Counted from the stretch's first letter, positions 12,955 to 26,202 are shown. The stretch: DNA of 64,000 bases from Octopus sinensis (GCF_006345805.1 NC_043000.1:36146001-36210000); one strand, 5' to 3'. Numbers and translations are program-made. Notes: generated by a model not told the origin, from the letters alone.

Positions 12955-13153
12955 TGTCAGTATGTGCGTGTGTGTATGTCCTCTGTCACTCTTAACCACT
13001 GCTGACGGTGTGTTTATATCCTCGTTACTTAGCGGTTAGGCAAAAGTGACTGATGAAATAAGTACCAGTCTAAAAATAACTACTGAGGTCGATTCATTCG
13101 ACTAAGAATTCTTCATGACGGTGCCCCAGCATGGCCGCAGTCTAATGACTGAA
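12955..13153 (+). mobile_element. OK-like SINE 3' part
   Basis: ggtgtgttt...cttagcggtt...ggtgccccagcatggccgcagtctaatgactgaa. Confidence 0.8.
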
Positions 13154-13154
13154 G

Positions 13155-14290
13155 TTGGCCCCTGTTAACATTGTTTAAAGAGAGGAATACTTTTGGCTAA
13201 TGGTAGTTACTTACAACTAGGTCTCTTGAACGGCTGTATGATGTGCACCTCGATCACATATACGGAATTATCGTCACGACTATGTGCTTGTGTGCTACGC
13301 CATTTTGAAGACTTCGGTATTGGTTACAAGTTATTCCTGAGGAGATGTAAAGCAGTGTGGAAGCGTGACGTGTAGAAGCACTCACGGTAGTGAGAGTAGG
13401 TCACCCACAATCCGGTGCCTGCCATATAGTAATCAGTATAACTACTCTCTATGCGATGACGTTTGCTGTTGCAGAACTTATTTGTAGTATATCCCGAAGT
13501 CGGTATTTACCTCAACCAGAGTGTTAATCTTTTTGTTGATGTTTGCGTCTGATGAGATGGCGCACCCAAGGTAGCTAGACAGGTGCATCTTCTTCAGTGT
13601 TATCTCATCGATAGCAATGCAAACAAGCATGGGCTGGAAGAAAACTTCCGTTTTCTTTAAGCTGACATCCGGTTCTAAGGGCTATGCAAACTCTTCAAAG
13701 CAGGATGTTATATGCTGTAGGACTGACTCTATGCGAATCAAAGAGGCAGCGTTATTGCTGAAGACTGACTCCTGATTGAGCCACTCCAGTATCTTGGAGT
13801 GTGGCAAGTTGCTTCTATTTGAACAGGGTGTCATCAGCCCGGTATCTGATATATATATCGTTCTCCTCACTGACATTTTCTTGGCCCTTGCGAGTGTCAT
13901 ATAGAAGAACTTGGCAAAATAAATTTGGCGGAAGGGTTCAACTATTCCGTACACTGTTTCTTATTAGGAAGGGTTTTGAGAGTTCGTTGTTGAATCTGAG
14001 TTGGCTACACTGATTCTCGTGGAGGTAGACGACCATGTTGAGGAACAATTACTGACCTCCCATATCTTTCTTGATTTTCCAAGGCCAAAGTCCTTGGTAA
14101 GTTCTACAAATATCACAAACAATTCTTCGTTCCCAGATTTTCTTGCAGAACTGCTTACCGTGGTGTTGAAACCTGTCGGTCCTAATCCCACAATGGCTCT
14201 CTGTTGGGTAACACTAGCATAACTGTTACCTTCTTTAGAGTTTGGCATATTTCTCAACATACCTCAGTGCCGAGGTAACCGATGTGTATC
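13155..14290 (-). pseudogene. Decayed RTE-clade LINE reverse transcriptase fragment
   Basis: Broken frames give ELFVIFVELTKDF (the FVDLTKAFD motif), QHITSCFEEFA, SLKKTEVFFQP and YLGCAISSDA; many stops and frameshifts. Confidence 0.75.
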
Positions 14291-15677
14291 GAACCATCAA
14301 CCCTCCAACCTGGAACCAGGTACCTAATTTATTAACCAACTGTGAGCCTCCTACCCTACCTCAGGGTTATATAAGGCTTAAAATAGTTCTACCCCACCAG
14401 TGGTTCTGTGTTTATCGATTACAGAATGAATTTAGCATCGTTCAGTTGCTATTGACATGATGTAAGATATTATTCTCATATCGATTTTGATCCGCTTTCG
14501 TGAATCTACTATTTTAAGTTTGCCAGTTAAATCGGTCCTAAATCTGACATGCTACTGTGGTTTCTTTTTTTGTTTTTTTTTATTATCCCAGAATATCATT
14601 ACTAATGTGTCTAGATGGACAAATACTCCGCTACCGTTCGTTGTTTCTGACAGCAGAACCTATTGTTGGAAGTCTGTTTGTTTCGCCCCAACCCCTCCTT
14701 TCGACGGTGAAGAAAGAAAGAGACAGATAGAGAGACAGAGAGGGGTGGAGGAGAAGGGTGAGGATGAGAGAGAGTGAGAGAGGGAGTGTGGAGAGGGAGT
14801 GTGGAGAGGGAGAGAGAGAGAGAGATGTAGAAGCTGTGCTATAGCCAGGGACCAATTGAACTAGCTTCAGTAAAGCTAAAACAATGGACTTCTTTATTTA
14901 GTTATTTTTACAAACTAAAAAAAAAACAAAACAAAAAAAAAAAACCAAGGAAAATCTGATGCCTGATAAATTTAGCATAACTACCTGTATTGAAAACCTG
15001 ACAGAAGAGCACGAATAAATAAATAGATAAATATATAAAGGAATAAACAAACAAACAAACGGACTATAAAGGGGAAAAAAGGATATGATGGTGGAGCAGA
15101 GGAAAATAACAAAGCAAGAAATAAACAATGTGAATGAAGTAAATTGTATTGAATTTTCGGAATGGTTTTTCTGTGGAACCTGCTGGAATGGCATTGAAAC
15201 GTTAATGGTAATGGTATAGAATTTCTTTTCAGCATTCTCCCGTTTATTCAGTATTTCCCGTTAATTACACGAACATGGCTGTCTTTATCTCGTCGTCTTT
15301 ATCTCGTGTAGATCTGCTCTCGCTACAAACTTGTGTTTGTCGAGTGAAACTTTTATTATTCGTCATTGAACGAGGGGAGTTTAGCTTGTCAACGACTTCA
15401 CCTCTGGTAACCTTTACAATGAGCGGCGTGAATGATACCGTAGGGATATTTACGTTTACTCTCTAATTTAATTACATCATCATCTCCTTTATCAATGTGT
15501 GTGTATGGTAGACTGACAGAGCGAGGTGAAACACTGCTGACAAAACAATATATTAATACAAACACATTTCACAATATTTCACTGAGGAATCAATATTTTG
15601 ATGTCGAAAGCAAAATATTCAATTAAGGTCAAAGTATTTAAGTACTTTAAAGGAAATACTCAATTCACTCTATAGCA

Positions 15678-15691
15678 ATAATAATAATAAT

Positions 15692-15741
<50 letters not shown>

Positions 15742-15752
15742 TAATAATAATG
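15678..15752. repeat. (AAT)n microsatellite
   Basis: Direct reading. Confidence 0.95.
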
Positions 15753-16094
15753 ACGAATGTAATTTAATTTCTGAATATAATTTCTGTTCATAATAATTAT
15801 GAAATTAAGGATAAAGAATATTGTTAATAAGTTGATTACTATATTGTTGTTCAGAATGCAGAGTTCTATCAGGACTCAATTAAAGTCGGTGTAATTATAA
15901 ACCCTGATTATCTAGGGAGAATTTTCCAACACACATACTCTCTCTCTCTCTCTCTCTCTCACATACACACAGCTGAAAAGACAGATAGTTATAAGAGATT
16001 AGTGAGGTTAAACACTTGTACGTATGTTAGAGGGAGAAATGTAAAAATGTTCCAGTGGGAGCCAAGTGCATAAAGAAGGATTGTGTTTGTATAT

Positions 16095-16632
16095 GTTAAT
16101 ACATTTTCCCAAAGTTTGGCACAGCAAGGGAGTGGGTAAGTTGATTTAATAGAACCCAGTGTCCAAATGCTGCTCATTTAATCGACTCCGAAAATATGAA
16201 TAGCAAAGTCAACCTTAGCAGCATTTGAACTCAAAATATAAAGAGTCGGAAGAAATGCTGCGAAGCATTTTGTTCGGCGATTTTAACCAGTTCGCCATCC
16301 TTGCTTATCACTGAATATCGGTTTCAAATTTTGGCTCAAGGGCAGCAATTTTGAGGGGATGGGTAAGTCGATTATATCGACTCCGAAAGGATGAAATAAA
16401 GTCGACCTCGGAGGAATTTGAACTCAGAACATAAATACCGCTAACTATTCTGCCTCGCGTGCTAACCATTCGACCAGGTCGCCACCTGAAGATAATTCTC
16501 ACTGACTTCCCTTATTATTGAATATTCTTTTCTACTTTCAGCACAGGGCCTGAAATTTTGGGAGAGGCGGGTCCAGTCGATTAGATCCACTCCAGTACAT
16601 ATCTAGTACTTAATTAATCAACCCCGAAAGAC
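16095..16632 (-). mobile_element. Cluster of three Meta-like SINE copies or fragments
   Basis: Family core and tail repeated at about 16095-16290, 16320-16490 and 16520-16632. Confidence 0.75.
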
Positions 16633-17175
16633 TGCGTAAGAACTACCATGAAGCCACTTGGAATGGATCCAGAAGACATAGAAACCCTTGCTTCCGACCG
16701 AGCTGGGTGGCGAACAAAAGTGTGGAGTGGAGTGAAAGAATTTGAAGAGGCCAGGATAACGCATGCAATACTCAAGAGAGATTCAAGGAAGAATATTACG
16801 ATCGAGAAGGTGAATCACAATGACCTTTTTGTGTGCACAGTCTGTGACAGACCATGCTTTTCTTTTGCTGGCCTCAAATCTCATTTGCGAACCCATGGAA
16901 AATGAACCTCTACCAACTATCCTGTATATATGCCTGTGCACACATTTGATTGCAGTGTATGCTAGAAGGTTTGCAAATCTAACGGAGGCCTCAAAAGACA
17001 TTTCAAGATCCACAAAGATCAGAACTTATCTGCAGATCTTGGTGGTCCAAATCGGATGTGCAATCTATGTGGGTGTCTTTTCAGAACATTGTCTGGTTTA
17101 AAAAGCCACATCAGTTGGTTCTAACGCGTAGTTACAGGAGGTGGTCAAACTCTGCATAAGGATTAGACAACCACC
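16633..17175 (+). pseudogene. RTE-clade LINE 3' end with three C2H2 zinc fingers
   Basis: ETLASDRAGWR...GVKEFEEAR...CTVCDRPCFSFAGLKSHLRTH; the same frame continues through two stops to CSVC*KVCKSNGGLKRHFKIH and CNLCGCLFRTLSGLKSHIS, ending at TAA 17122-17124. Confidence 0.8.
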
Positions 17176-17192
17176 ATATATATATATATGCA

Positions 17193-17288
<96 letters not shown>

Positions 17289-17453
17289 TATATATATAAT
17301 ATATATACAATTCATAATGAGGGCAAACGAAAAACATTCTAATGCCAAATATGCCGAAAAATTGGACATATTGTCCATTAACCATATAATTTTTTCACAA
17401 TACGCACGTTACTCGAAAAAAGGTAGACAGAAATTTCTAAAAAATTCCATTAT

Positions 17454-17511
17454 TACCATATCGGAGCGATTTCAGAGTTAGTTACTAAGAGCCGTCTCTT
17501 CGTCAGTGATA
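17454..17511 (-). ncRNA. Type I hammerhead ribozyme (left arm)
   Basis: uauca CUGACGA agag...cucu GAAA ucgc-u-ccga UA| uggua; one mismatch in stem III. Confidence 0.75.
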
Positions 17512-17921
17512 CATGCGACAAAAGAAATAAATGAGATACTTACTCATACCCATGGAAGAAGCAAATACTAAGTCATGGGCACAACTAAGTACCCCAAATA
17601 CATCCAAATCAGAAATACTCCAGGCCATTCGAGGCACGTGCGATTTGAACTGAGGCTCTCACAGAGTGAGTTAGTTAGTTCGGAAGTGAACGCTTAAAAT
17701 TATATCAAATGTGAGGATAAAATTCTTTTCGAAAAAAAATATTTTCTCGAAAAAAACTTTATCAATGGCCAGCATATTAAAAATACCTTTAACGGTTAAA
17801 TTTAATGGGCTGGAGTATTTCTGTTTTGGATGTATTTGGGGTACTTAGTTGTGTCCATGACTTAGTATTTGCTTCTTCTATGGGTATGAGTAAGTATCTC
17901 ATTTATTTCTTTAGCCACATG

Positions 17922-17979
17922 TATCACTGACGAAGAGAGGGCTCTTAGTAGCTAACTCTGAAATCGGTCCGATATGGTA
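17922..17979 (+). ncRNA. Type I hammerhead ribozyme (right arm)
   Basis: uauca CUGACGA agag(agggcucuuaguagcuaa)cucu GAAA ucgg-u-ccga UA| uggua. Confidence 0.85.
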
Positions 17980-18282
17980 ATAATGGAATTTTTTTAGAAA
18001 TTTCTGTCGACCTTTTTTCGAGTAGCGTGCGTATTGTGAAAAAATTATATGGTTAATGGACAATATGTCCAATTTTTCGGCATATTTGGCATTATAATTT
18101 TTTTCCTTTGCCCTCATTTATGAATTGTTTATATATTTAACCGTTAAAGGTATTTATTAATATGCTGGCCATTGATAAAATTATTTTCGAGAAAATATTT
18201 TTTTTTCGAAAAGAATTTTATCCTCACATTTGATATAAATATATATATATATATAATATATATATATATATGTATGTGTATT

Positions 18283-18314
<32 letters not shown>

Positions 18315-18322
18315 ATATATAT

Positions 18323-18368
<46 letters not shown>

Positions 18369-18826
18369 TTACGTGTATGTATCTATTTATCTATTTCTCT
18401 ATCTATCTATCTATATATATATATATAATATATATATATATACAAACACCCACAGAGACACCCACATATGTGTGTGTGTGTATGTGAATGTATTGTTCAA
18501 TAACGTGTTTATTTTATTGAATATATTTTATAATAATAAGATTGAATTGGGTATCAATGACTCCAGTGTATGGCGTGTGTTTCGGTTCAAGTAATAAACA
18601 AATTTTGTATAAAATGTTATTTAATACACTTTAAGTGTTGATAAATTCCAGAAAAATAAAAGCTAAAATTTCTAAACCTAAACGTGCTAGCGAACAACCA
18701 AAGACATATTTAGCATCGACCTCTAAAATGTATTCAGAAAAGGCTAATTTAATCTCCATTGAGAAAATATAAAAACACTTTATTTTGTTGACCATTCTAC
18801 TAAGTGAGAGAAAGAGAGAAGAGGAG

Positions 18827-18868
<42 letters not shown>

Positions 18869-19569
18869 GCCAGAGCGAGAAAGAGTGAGAGAGAGTGAGA
18901 GAAAACGAGAGAGAAAGAGTTAAATTTATTGATTTCGTCTGCTACTATTGTGAAGAAAACTATTTCGTCACTTGACACAGAATTTCGAAATTTAGCAAAG
19001 TTGGCCTTTAAGCACTTACACATTGTATCATCATTAATTTCCTGGCGGCCCCTCCCCTCAAATAATGTTGATATCCCATGAAATGTTATGTCTTCGTGTA
19101 TTTGTGTCATATTAACGACTTTCAGGTGAAAATTGCTGCAACTTATTAGTTTTACGAGATTACTTTTCTGACGTGAATCTTTTATTGTATGTGTAATCGC
19201 TTTTTATATGTGTTTTATTAAGAAATATTGCATTTTCCTTTCTAAAATTCCTGTCTAGATTAATGAGATTTCAAATATCACAAATGTACAAATGTATTTC
19301 AGAGAATCGCAGAGAAAGAAAAAAATGTAGCGGGAAAAAGAAAAACGAAATTTAAATTGCGCATAAATAACGACAAAAATAAAAGCAAAACAAAATTAAG
19401 AAAATATATAATAGATTACTAAGACCATCCACCAGCCAAGAAATAATATTACAAACCGATTCGATAACCAATCCTGGAGAAGTAACTCCTTATATTTCTT
19501 TAAATATGGAGTCGGAGCTTTTCTCCAAATACTGTTTTCCTCTCAGTTCAAAAAAGTAATTTAGTTCGG

Positions 19570-19713
19570 TGCAAGTGTGGCTGTGAGGTGAGAAGTTTGC
19601 TTCCCAGTCACGTGGCTCCGAGTTCAGCCCCACTGCGTGGAACCTCTGGAAAGTGTCTTCTACCGAAAACACTTATCAATGGATTTGGTAGAAGGGAGCT
19701 AAAAGATACTGTC

Positions 19714-19720
<7 letters not shown>
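19570..19720 (+). mobile_element. OK-like SINE 5' half (3' half at about 20560-20760)
   Basis: gtggctgtgaggtgagaagtttgc...gagttcagccccactgcgtgg...ggatttggtag. The SINE is split by inserts within its TA tract. Confidence 0.75.
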
Positions 19721-19751
<31 letters not shown>

Positions 19752-19974
19752 TATATATAGCTAATAAAAAAAAACGAAGAACAAACACAACAAGAATAAG
19801 ACAACAACGCGAGTACGTGGTACATGCAAAGTATTAGCAAATGCTCAGGGAAGGAAAGGTAGTTTTACGTTAGAGCAAAGTTCTTCGTCAAAAACAAGAG
19901 ACGGGCGAAAGTCCAAGTGAAAAGGAAGACGGAGGCAAAATATCGTCAACGTTCCACATGTCGTTACATTTTGA

Positions 19975-20012
<38 letters not shown>

Positions 20013-20136
20013 TAAAAGGAATTCCAGCCTTGTCTGATTTTCACGTTTTATTTACAATCTTATAATGATCTAATATAAGATAATATAATATAATAAAATA
20101 AGATAAACTAATAGAATGCTAAATGTTCATTCTGAT

Positions 20137-20181
20137 TGAACTAATACTTTCATGCATTAAATTATGCAATCTTCAGGTCCA
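20137..20181 (-). ncRNA. Type I hammerhead ribozyme (left arm)
   Basis: uggac CUGAAGA uugcau-aauuua-augcau GAAA guau UA| guuca. Confidence 0.7.
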
Positions 20182-20276
20182 TGTAGTAGTGGTGACAGTC
20201 ATGCTTCACAATTTTCGACAATTTTCACAATTTTCACAGTCGAAAATTGTGAAGCATGACTGTCACCAGTACTACA

Positions 20277-20321
20277 TGAACCTGAAGATTGCATAATTTA
20301 ATGCATGAAAGTACTAGTTCA
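20277..20321 (+). ncRNA. Type I hammerhead ribozyme (right arm)
   Basis: ugaac CUGAAGA uugcau-aauuua-augcau GAAA guac UA| guuca. Palindromic stem III (AGUACU), CUA triplet, U-U at the base of stem II. Confidence 0.78.
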
Positions 20322-20482
20322 ATCAGAATGAACATTTAACATTCTATTAGTTTATCTTATTTTATTATATTATATTATCTTATATTATATCATTATAAGA
20401 TTGTAAATAAAACGTGAAAATCAGACAAGGCTGGAATTCCTTTTATTAATATATTCTTCTATACACAATCACACACACCCGT

Positions 20483-20520
<38 letters not shown>

Positions 20521-21096
20521 AAGAGAGAGAGAGAGAGCGAGAGAGAGATATGTACATTGTGTGCTTGTGCGTGTATGTGTATTTCTGTCTCACACCACCG
20601 CTTGACAACCCGTGTTGGTGTGTTTACGTCTCCGTAACTTAGCGGTTCGGCAAAAGAGGCCGTTAGGGTTAGTAACACGTTTTAAAAAGTCAAGTACCGT
20701 TCGAATAGAAGTTCGAGTAAAATTTCTTGGACGTAGTCTAATGACTGAAACAAGTAAAGAGGAGGAAAGGAAGATACAAGATGCCTACCGAACATTGCAG
20801 AAAATGTGCCACTGACATTTAGATGTTCGTTTGGAGGGTTCAAGCGGTCAAGAGTCCGTGATTCATTTCTGGTTTGTCATGGCGCTGAATGTCGTCTTTC
20901 TTCCTTATATCTTGAATTTGCTTCCTACTGTCTCTTAGACATTTCTTCGACCCCCACAGCCAAATTACTGACACTCTATCGATTACGATGGTAAGAGCTC
21001 CATCTTGTCCGATCAATGGAACATCATGTTCATAGAATTAACGTGCATGTGGTTGAGTACCCCACAGGCACACATACCTTTAACGAAGATCTTAAG

Positions 21097-21540
21097 GAGC
21101 TGGCAGAAACGTTAGCACACCGGGCGAAATGCTTTGCGGTATTTCCTCTGTCTACGTTCTGAGTTCAAATTCCGCCGAGGTCGACTTTGCCTTTTATCTC
21201 TTCGGGGTCGATAAATTAAGTACCAGTTGCGCACTGGTGTCTATCTAATCGACTGGCACCCCCCCCCAACAAAAAATTCCGGGCTCTGTGCCTAGAGTAG
21301 AAAAGAATATTTAGGGCGGTGAGCTAGCAGAATCATTAGCACGCCGGGCGAAATGCTTAGCGGTCTGTCTTTATGTTCTGAGTTCAAATTCCGCCGAGGT
21401 CGACTTTGCCTTTCATCCTTTCGAGGTTGATTAAATAAGTACCAGTTACGCACTGATGTCGATGTAACCGACTAAATTCCTTTGTCTGTCCTTCTCTGCC
21501 CCCTCTATGTTTAGCCCCTTGTGGGAAATAAAGAAATAAA
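21097..21540 (+). mobile_element. Two tandem Meta-like SINEs with different 3' tails
   Basis: Copy 1 (21097-21310) ends gtgcctagagtagaaaagaat; copy 2 (21315-21540) ends tttagccccttgtgggaaataaagaaat. Confidence 0.88.
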
Positions 21541-22584
21541 TATCAATACTGCAGTGCATCAACAACTCGCTGCCCAATACTGATCGAGACGTGTTCTTTT
21601 TTATTTTCCACTCAGTAGAATGTTATAGTAGTGGAATCTGTCTTTTTTCGACCGTTATATGAAGTGCCTGAACAAGTGTAGTGTCCTGTCCAAGTCCTGA
21701 AATTCCTTTTCAATTTTTAAGCCAACTTTTTATGGCTGCTGTGTAGTTATTTCTCTATGTAGAGTTGTTAAATAATAACACAGTTTATATGTAACATATA
21801 ATTACTAACTAAATGTGGCGTCCTATACAGGATAGTGCTACTGACTTTTATAACACCACGAAGACGTCTCTTCCAGCTGGCTAACGACACACATTATGTA
21901 TCCTATTAGTATTTGCGAGGGAAGGTCATATGTATGCATACATACAGCAATAAGAAAATGGAGGGCGTCGAGAGGTGGTATTCATTAGCTTTTAGACATT
22001 ATATTATGTCTATTTATTTTTTAAAAAGGCAATTATAACAATATACATACATGTATATAACAGATTATGCTTTACATATATAATATGTAAAATATAAAAT
22101 ATAAAAATATAAAATACAAAAATGCCAATAATTATTAAAATACATAATGTGGAGCATAGAATGTAGGATAGTATCTTACAGCTGTTTCAGCGAAGAGGCC
22201 ATAGTACCCCATGCTACTCTTATCCCTCCGGTGGTTTGAAGTATTTGATAGATAAGATTAAGGTACTTAGGTGTGTCTCTGGGATTTGTCACGGAGTTCA
22301 TAATTTTAAGATATAAATATAAATACATACATATATACATACTTTTACATATACACACATATACATAAATATATATAAACACATATACAAATATTAAAAT
22401 GTATATGCATACATAGGAATCAAGTATTATTATTATTATTAGGTGCATTATATTATATTATTCTTATTAGATAAAGCGTAAACAGAGGTAGGAGAAAGTC
22501 ATTGAAAGAGAAATAATAGTGCAATTTAAAAAATTGATGTATCTTAAGATTATTGTAGTTATGTAGGAATGAAAAGGTATATAC

Positions 22585-22935
22585 ATGACTGCGGCCATGC
22601 TGGAGCACTGCCTTTAGACCAGCAAATCGACCCCAGGACTTATTCTTTGTAAGTCTAGCACTTATTCTATCGGTCGTTTTTGCCGAACCGCTAAGTTACT
22701 GGGACTAAACACACCAGCATCGGTTGTCAACCGATGTTGGGGAAACAAACAGACACACAAACACACACATATACATACATGTATATATACGACGGGCTTC
22801 TTTCAGTTTCCGTCTACGAAATCCACTCACAAGGCTTTGGTCAGCCCGAGGCTGTAGTTGAAGACACTTGCCCAAGTTGCCACGCAATGGGACTGAACCC
22901 GGGACCATGTGGTTCGTAAGCAAGCTACTTACTAC
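22585..22935 (-). mobile_element. OK-like SINE
   Basis: tgactgcggccatgctggagc...gacgggcttctttcagtttccgtc...gggactgaacccggg. Confidence 0.9.
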
Positions 22936-23079
22936 AATCTATGTATATATAAATGGTAACGTACCATATCTATCATTGCGAAGCTAACATCCTCTGATAT
23001 TTCACTGATACACTGGATAAAACCGGGGAACCTGGATACTGGCATCCCTTTAGGAGGTATCTATATCCTCGAAATAATT

Positions 23080-23112
<33 letters not shown>

Positions 23113-23608
23113 TTGTGTGTGTGTGTGTGTGCATAAATACATGTATATGCTGCATTTATGGGATGTGTGTACATGAGAGTCTGCGTGTGTGTATACGTAC
23201 TTAGGAAGCAATTACACGAGACTTACCCTGAACACTTTCGAAAGTTGCTATAAGAAACATCCATAGTCATTTAAGTCAGGGAGTAAGAAAACCGCCCGCC
23301 TTTGCGTCAGTTACCCTGAAATCACAAGAAAGGTTTCTGAACATACTATTATGCTTCAAAGTATCGACAAACTTAACCATAATTCAATGGGCTCAAGGAT
23401 TCGCCAGATTAGCCTAGAACCTTCCAAATAGCGCCATAGTCAACGATATAACGTATATTGAAATCTGACATAGCAAGTCTCTTCGTTGGAGAAAAATACC
23501 TTTTGGACTGTTGAAAACCTAATAGCCTCCATAGCAGACCGAAGTGAGATACATCACGATAGAGGAAATAAAAGGTATGGTGGGGGGAGAAAATGGAAGT
23601 TGTAGGAA

Positions 23609-23662
<54 letters not shown>

Positions 23663-24488
23663 AACCTATTTTTTAGACTGTAAACTTTATTCGAATACTT
23701 GCTACCAAAGGGTCACGTAGATGTGGTGGAGGTGTATGACATTGAGACTGATCGAGTCTACAATCCAAGAACGGAACTGATAATGCTTCTATAAAATTTA
23801 ACTCACTAGGTTTTAATGGAAATGATGCGTTTATAAAAGACGCTTTTCTAATAGGCCTGGCAGTGAGATCGAAGTGAAAGACTCGTAGTTACATCCACAC
23901 ATACTTATTACACGACTTTGCCTTCTATCCAGGTATTTCGTCTACCAGAGGCCATGATAAAAGACAATATTCTAAGTTTGGAGAAGAAATGAACAAGAAT
24001 GTGCCGAAAATCTTTAAATATGGCCGAATGATATCCATAGTCATAAAACATACTAATTTATTCGTATAAAACGTTAAAATTCACTTCTTCCACAACATTT
24101 ATTAAATTTTATGAACTTTCGTACGACATAAATCATCAACTGCTGCAGTAACCGCAGTCATAAAGACATTAAGTGACTGAATACGACGAGAGGGCCTGCG
24201 CATGCTTAGTCAGCCTTCTATAAAAAGTAGATAAATTACACTCACATCACACCCTACCGTCTTAAAAGTAGGAAACATATCCGCCAATGTGGTCTTAAAC
24301 AGGCTATAATTGCAATGGAGAGACTTGGGATATACATCAGCAAAATCCTGTCTGCGCTGGCGCCAAATAACGAGAGTTAAGAGTGTTAACCTCAATGCTC
24401 TAAAATAATGCTTAGCTCTCTCCTTCTCTCACATACACTCTGTCTGTCTGTCTGTCTGTCTGTCTAATCTAATGATTCTTTCTATTAA

Positions 24489-24490
24489 TG

Positions 24491-24574
<84 letters not shown>

Positions 24575-24596
24575 GCTAGCTAGCTAGCTAGCTAGC
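24489..24596. repeat. (TATC)n-(TAGC)n microsatellite
   Basis: Direct reading. Confidence 0.95.
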
Positions 24597-25137
24597 AATC
24601 TCTGGCAAAATATACAATCCTGAATATTTTCTTGCTTCAGTTGCTCTGCTTATAACCCATCCGCAAGAGAAAAAAATAAATAAAGACGGTGTGTCTATAT
24701 ATTTCGCAGAATATCCCAGACATTCGTGAAACATGGAGAGTTGTCTCCCACAAAAATCCTAAACAATAAATACATAAACAGACAACTAAATGAAGATTAC
24801 TAATAAAGAAATGCTTTCTTCTCTGAATACGCAATTTTAGTTTAACTTTAAACATACTTCCATATATCAAAACTGCATTAATGAATTCATTTAGACTAAG
24901 TTAATTATGCAGAATGATGAATGGAGCTCACAACACCAGTTTTTTTAGATACAGGGCATGGAAAGCAAAGACTTCTGTAGTTTAAAAACGTATATGCATT
25001 ATACCAGTCATTACTCAGGCTGATTGATAAAATTACTATCAGGGATATCTAATAGAATCGGATAGAAGTGAAATGGATACATCAGCGCCATTGCTTCAAC
25101 AACAACAACAATAATAATGATGATGATGATGATGATG

Positions 25138-25210
<73 letters not shown>

Positions 25211-25234
25211 TGATGATAATAATGATAATAATAA

Positions 25235-25788
25235 ATGCCCTGATGCAGTACCAGGCAGTGGCTCTCATGGCTTCTGATCTTAACTGATTGGAAGTGTTAT
25301 CATGTACATTGTTTTGTCTTGGTATAAAAGATGGGCTACAGCAAATATTCTGCTCAATACCACAGCTTTGCTTGTCAGTTGTTTGACCTTAACCAGTTGA
25401 GCATGTCCTTAGTGCTGACGATATGTGCATCTCTGATCACGAGCAGAAGTAGTGGGGGAGCATCATAGCCATGTGTTGAGAGGGATTCTGTGGGGTTTGA
25501 ATAGTTCACCTCTGGAAACATGGGTGGTTCTTTCAACATCCTTAAACAACCCTTATTCAGGGACCGTTTGAGCGGGATGGGCTACTCAACCTGAAGAAAA
25601 TTCTAACTGGGCCCCACCTGCAAGGTCATGTGCTGTTTATCTTGATATGAGATCACCATGTCGCACACATATGGTTGTGATGCATGTGCCTGGTGTACCT
25701 TTATCAGACGGGTAGTCATGATGGGTATATTGGGCTTCGTATATTTTACCCCAGTGTCACTTTGATGGCATGAACTGCTCTCTCACTC
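25235..25788. mobile_element. ~555-bp non-coding element embedded in an (AAT)n microsatellite
   Basis: Bounded by (AAT)n at 25097-25234 and 25789-25933; second copy at 6092 is also next to (AAT)n; no long ORF. Confidence 0.75.
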
Positions 25789-25815
25789 AATGATGATAAT
25801 AATAATAATAATAAA

Positions 25816-25863
<48 letters not shown>

Positions 25864-25874
25864 TGATGATGATG

Positions 25875-25935
<61 letters not shown>

Positions 25936-26116
25936 AATGAAGCCATATAAACATTTTCAAAAACCGTCTGTAAAATAAAGATGAAAATCATAATTAATGA
26001 AAACAAAATATAATTAAAAAGGAAATAAAATGAATTCAAGAAAACATTTCAATAAATTTTGTTGAAACTCCGCCCTCATCATAACTAGCTTAGTGTATTA
26101 AATTAAACAACGGTGG

Positions 26117-26117
<1 letters not shown>

Positions 26118-26202
<85 letters not shown>

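Larger units (their letters stand above)
17307..18237. mobile_element. TA-flanked inverted-repeat cassette (A-B-C-A'-C') with a hammerhead in each A arm
   Basis: 17307-17622 is inverted at about 17810-18128, and 17701-17800 is inverted at about 18136-18237; (TA)n on both sides. Confidence 0.85.
20007..20452. mobile_element. TA-embedded fold-back palindrome (~213-bp arms, 19-bp spacer) with a hammerhead in each arm
   Basis: 20007-20219 is the reverse complement of 20239-20452 with about 5 mismatches. Confidence 0.92.

Noticed and set aside
14700-15480. GA-rich tract, CCAAT and a polypyrimidine-AG suggesting a promoter or exon
   Set aside because: Such motifs are expected by chance; no coding or transcript support.
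19862-19895. Minus-strand UUGACGA...UAACGUA motif
   Set aside because: Both core halves are mutated; counted only as a decayed relative, not a functional ribozyme.
22170-22245. Minus-strand GAAACAGCUGUAAGA hammerhead 3' half
   Set aside because: No CUGANGA upstream (ccggaggga instead); at best a decayed ribozyme.
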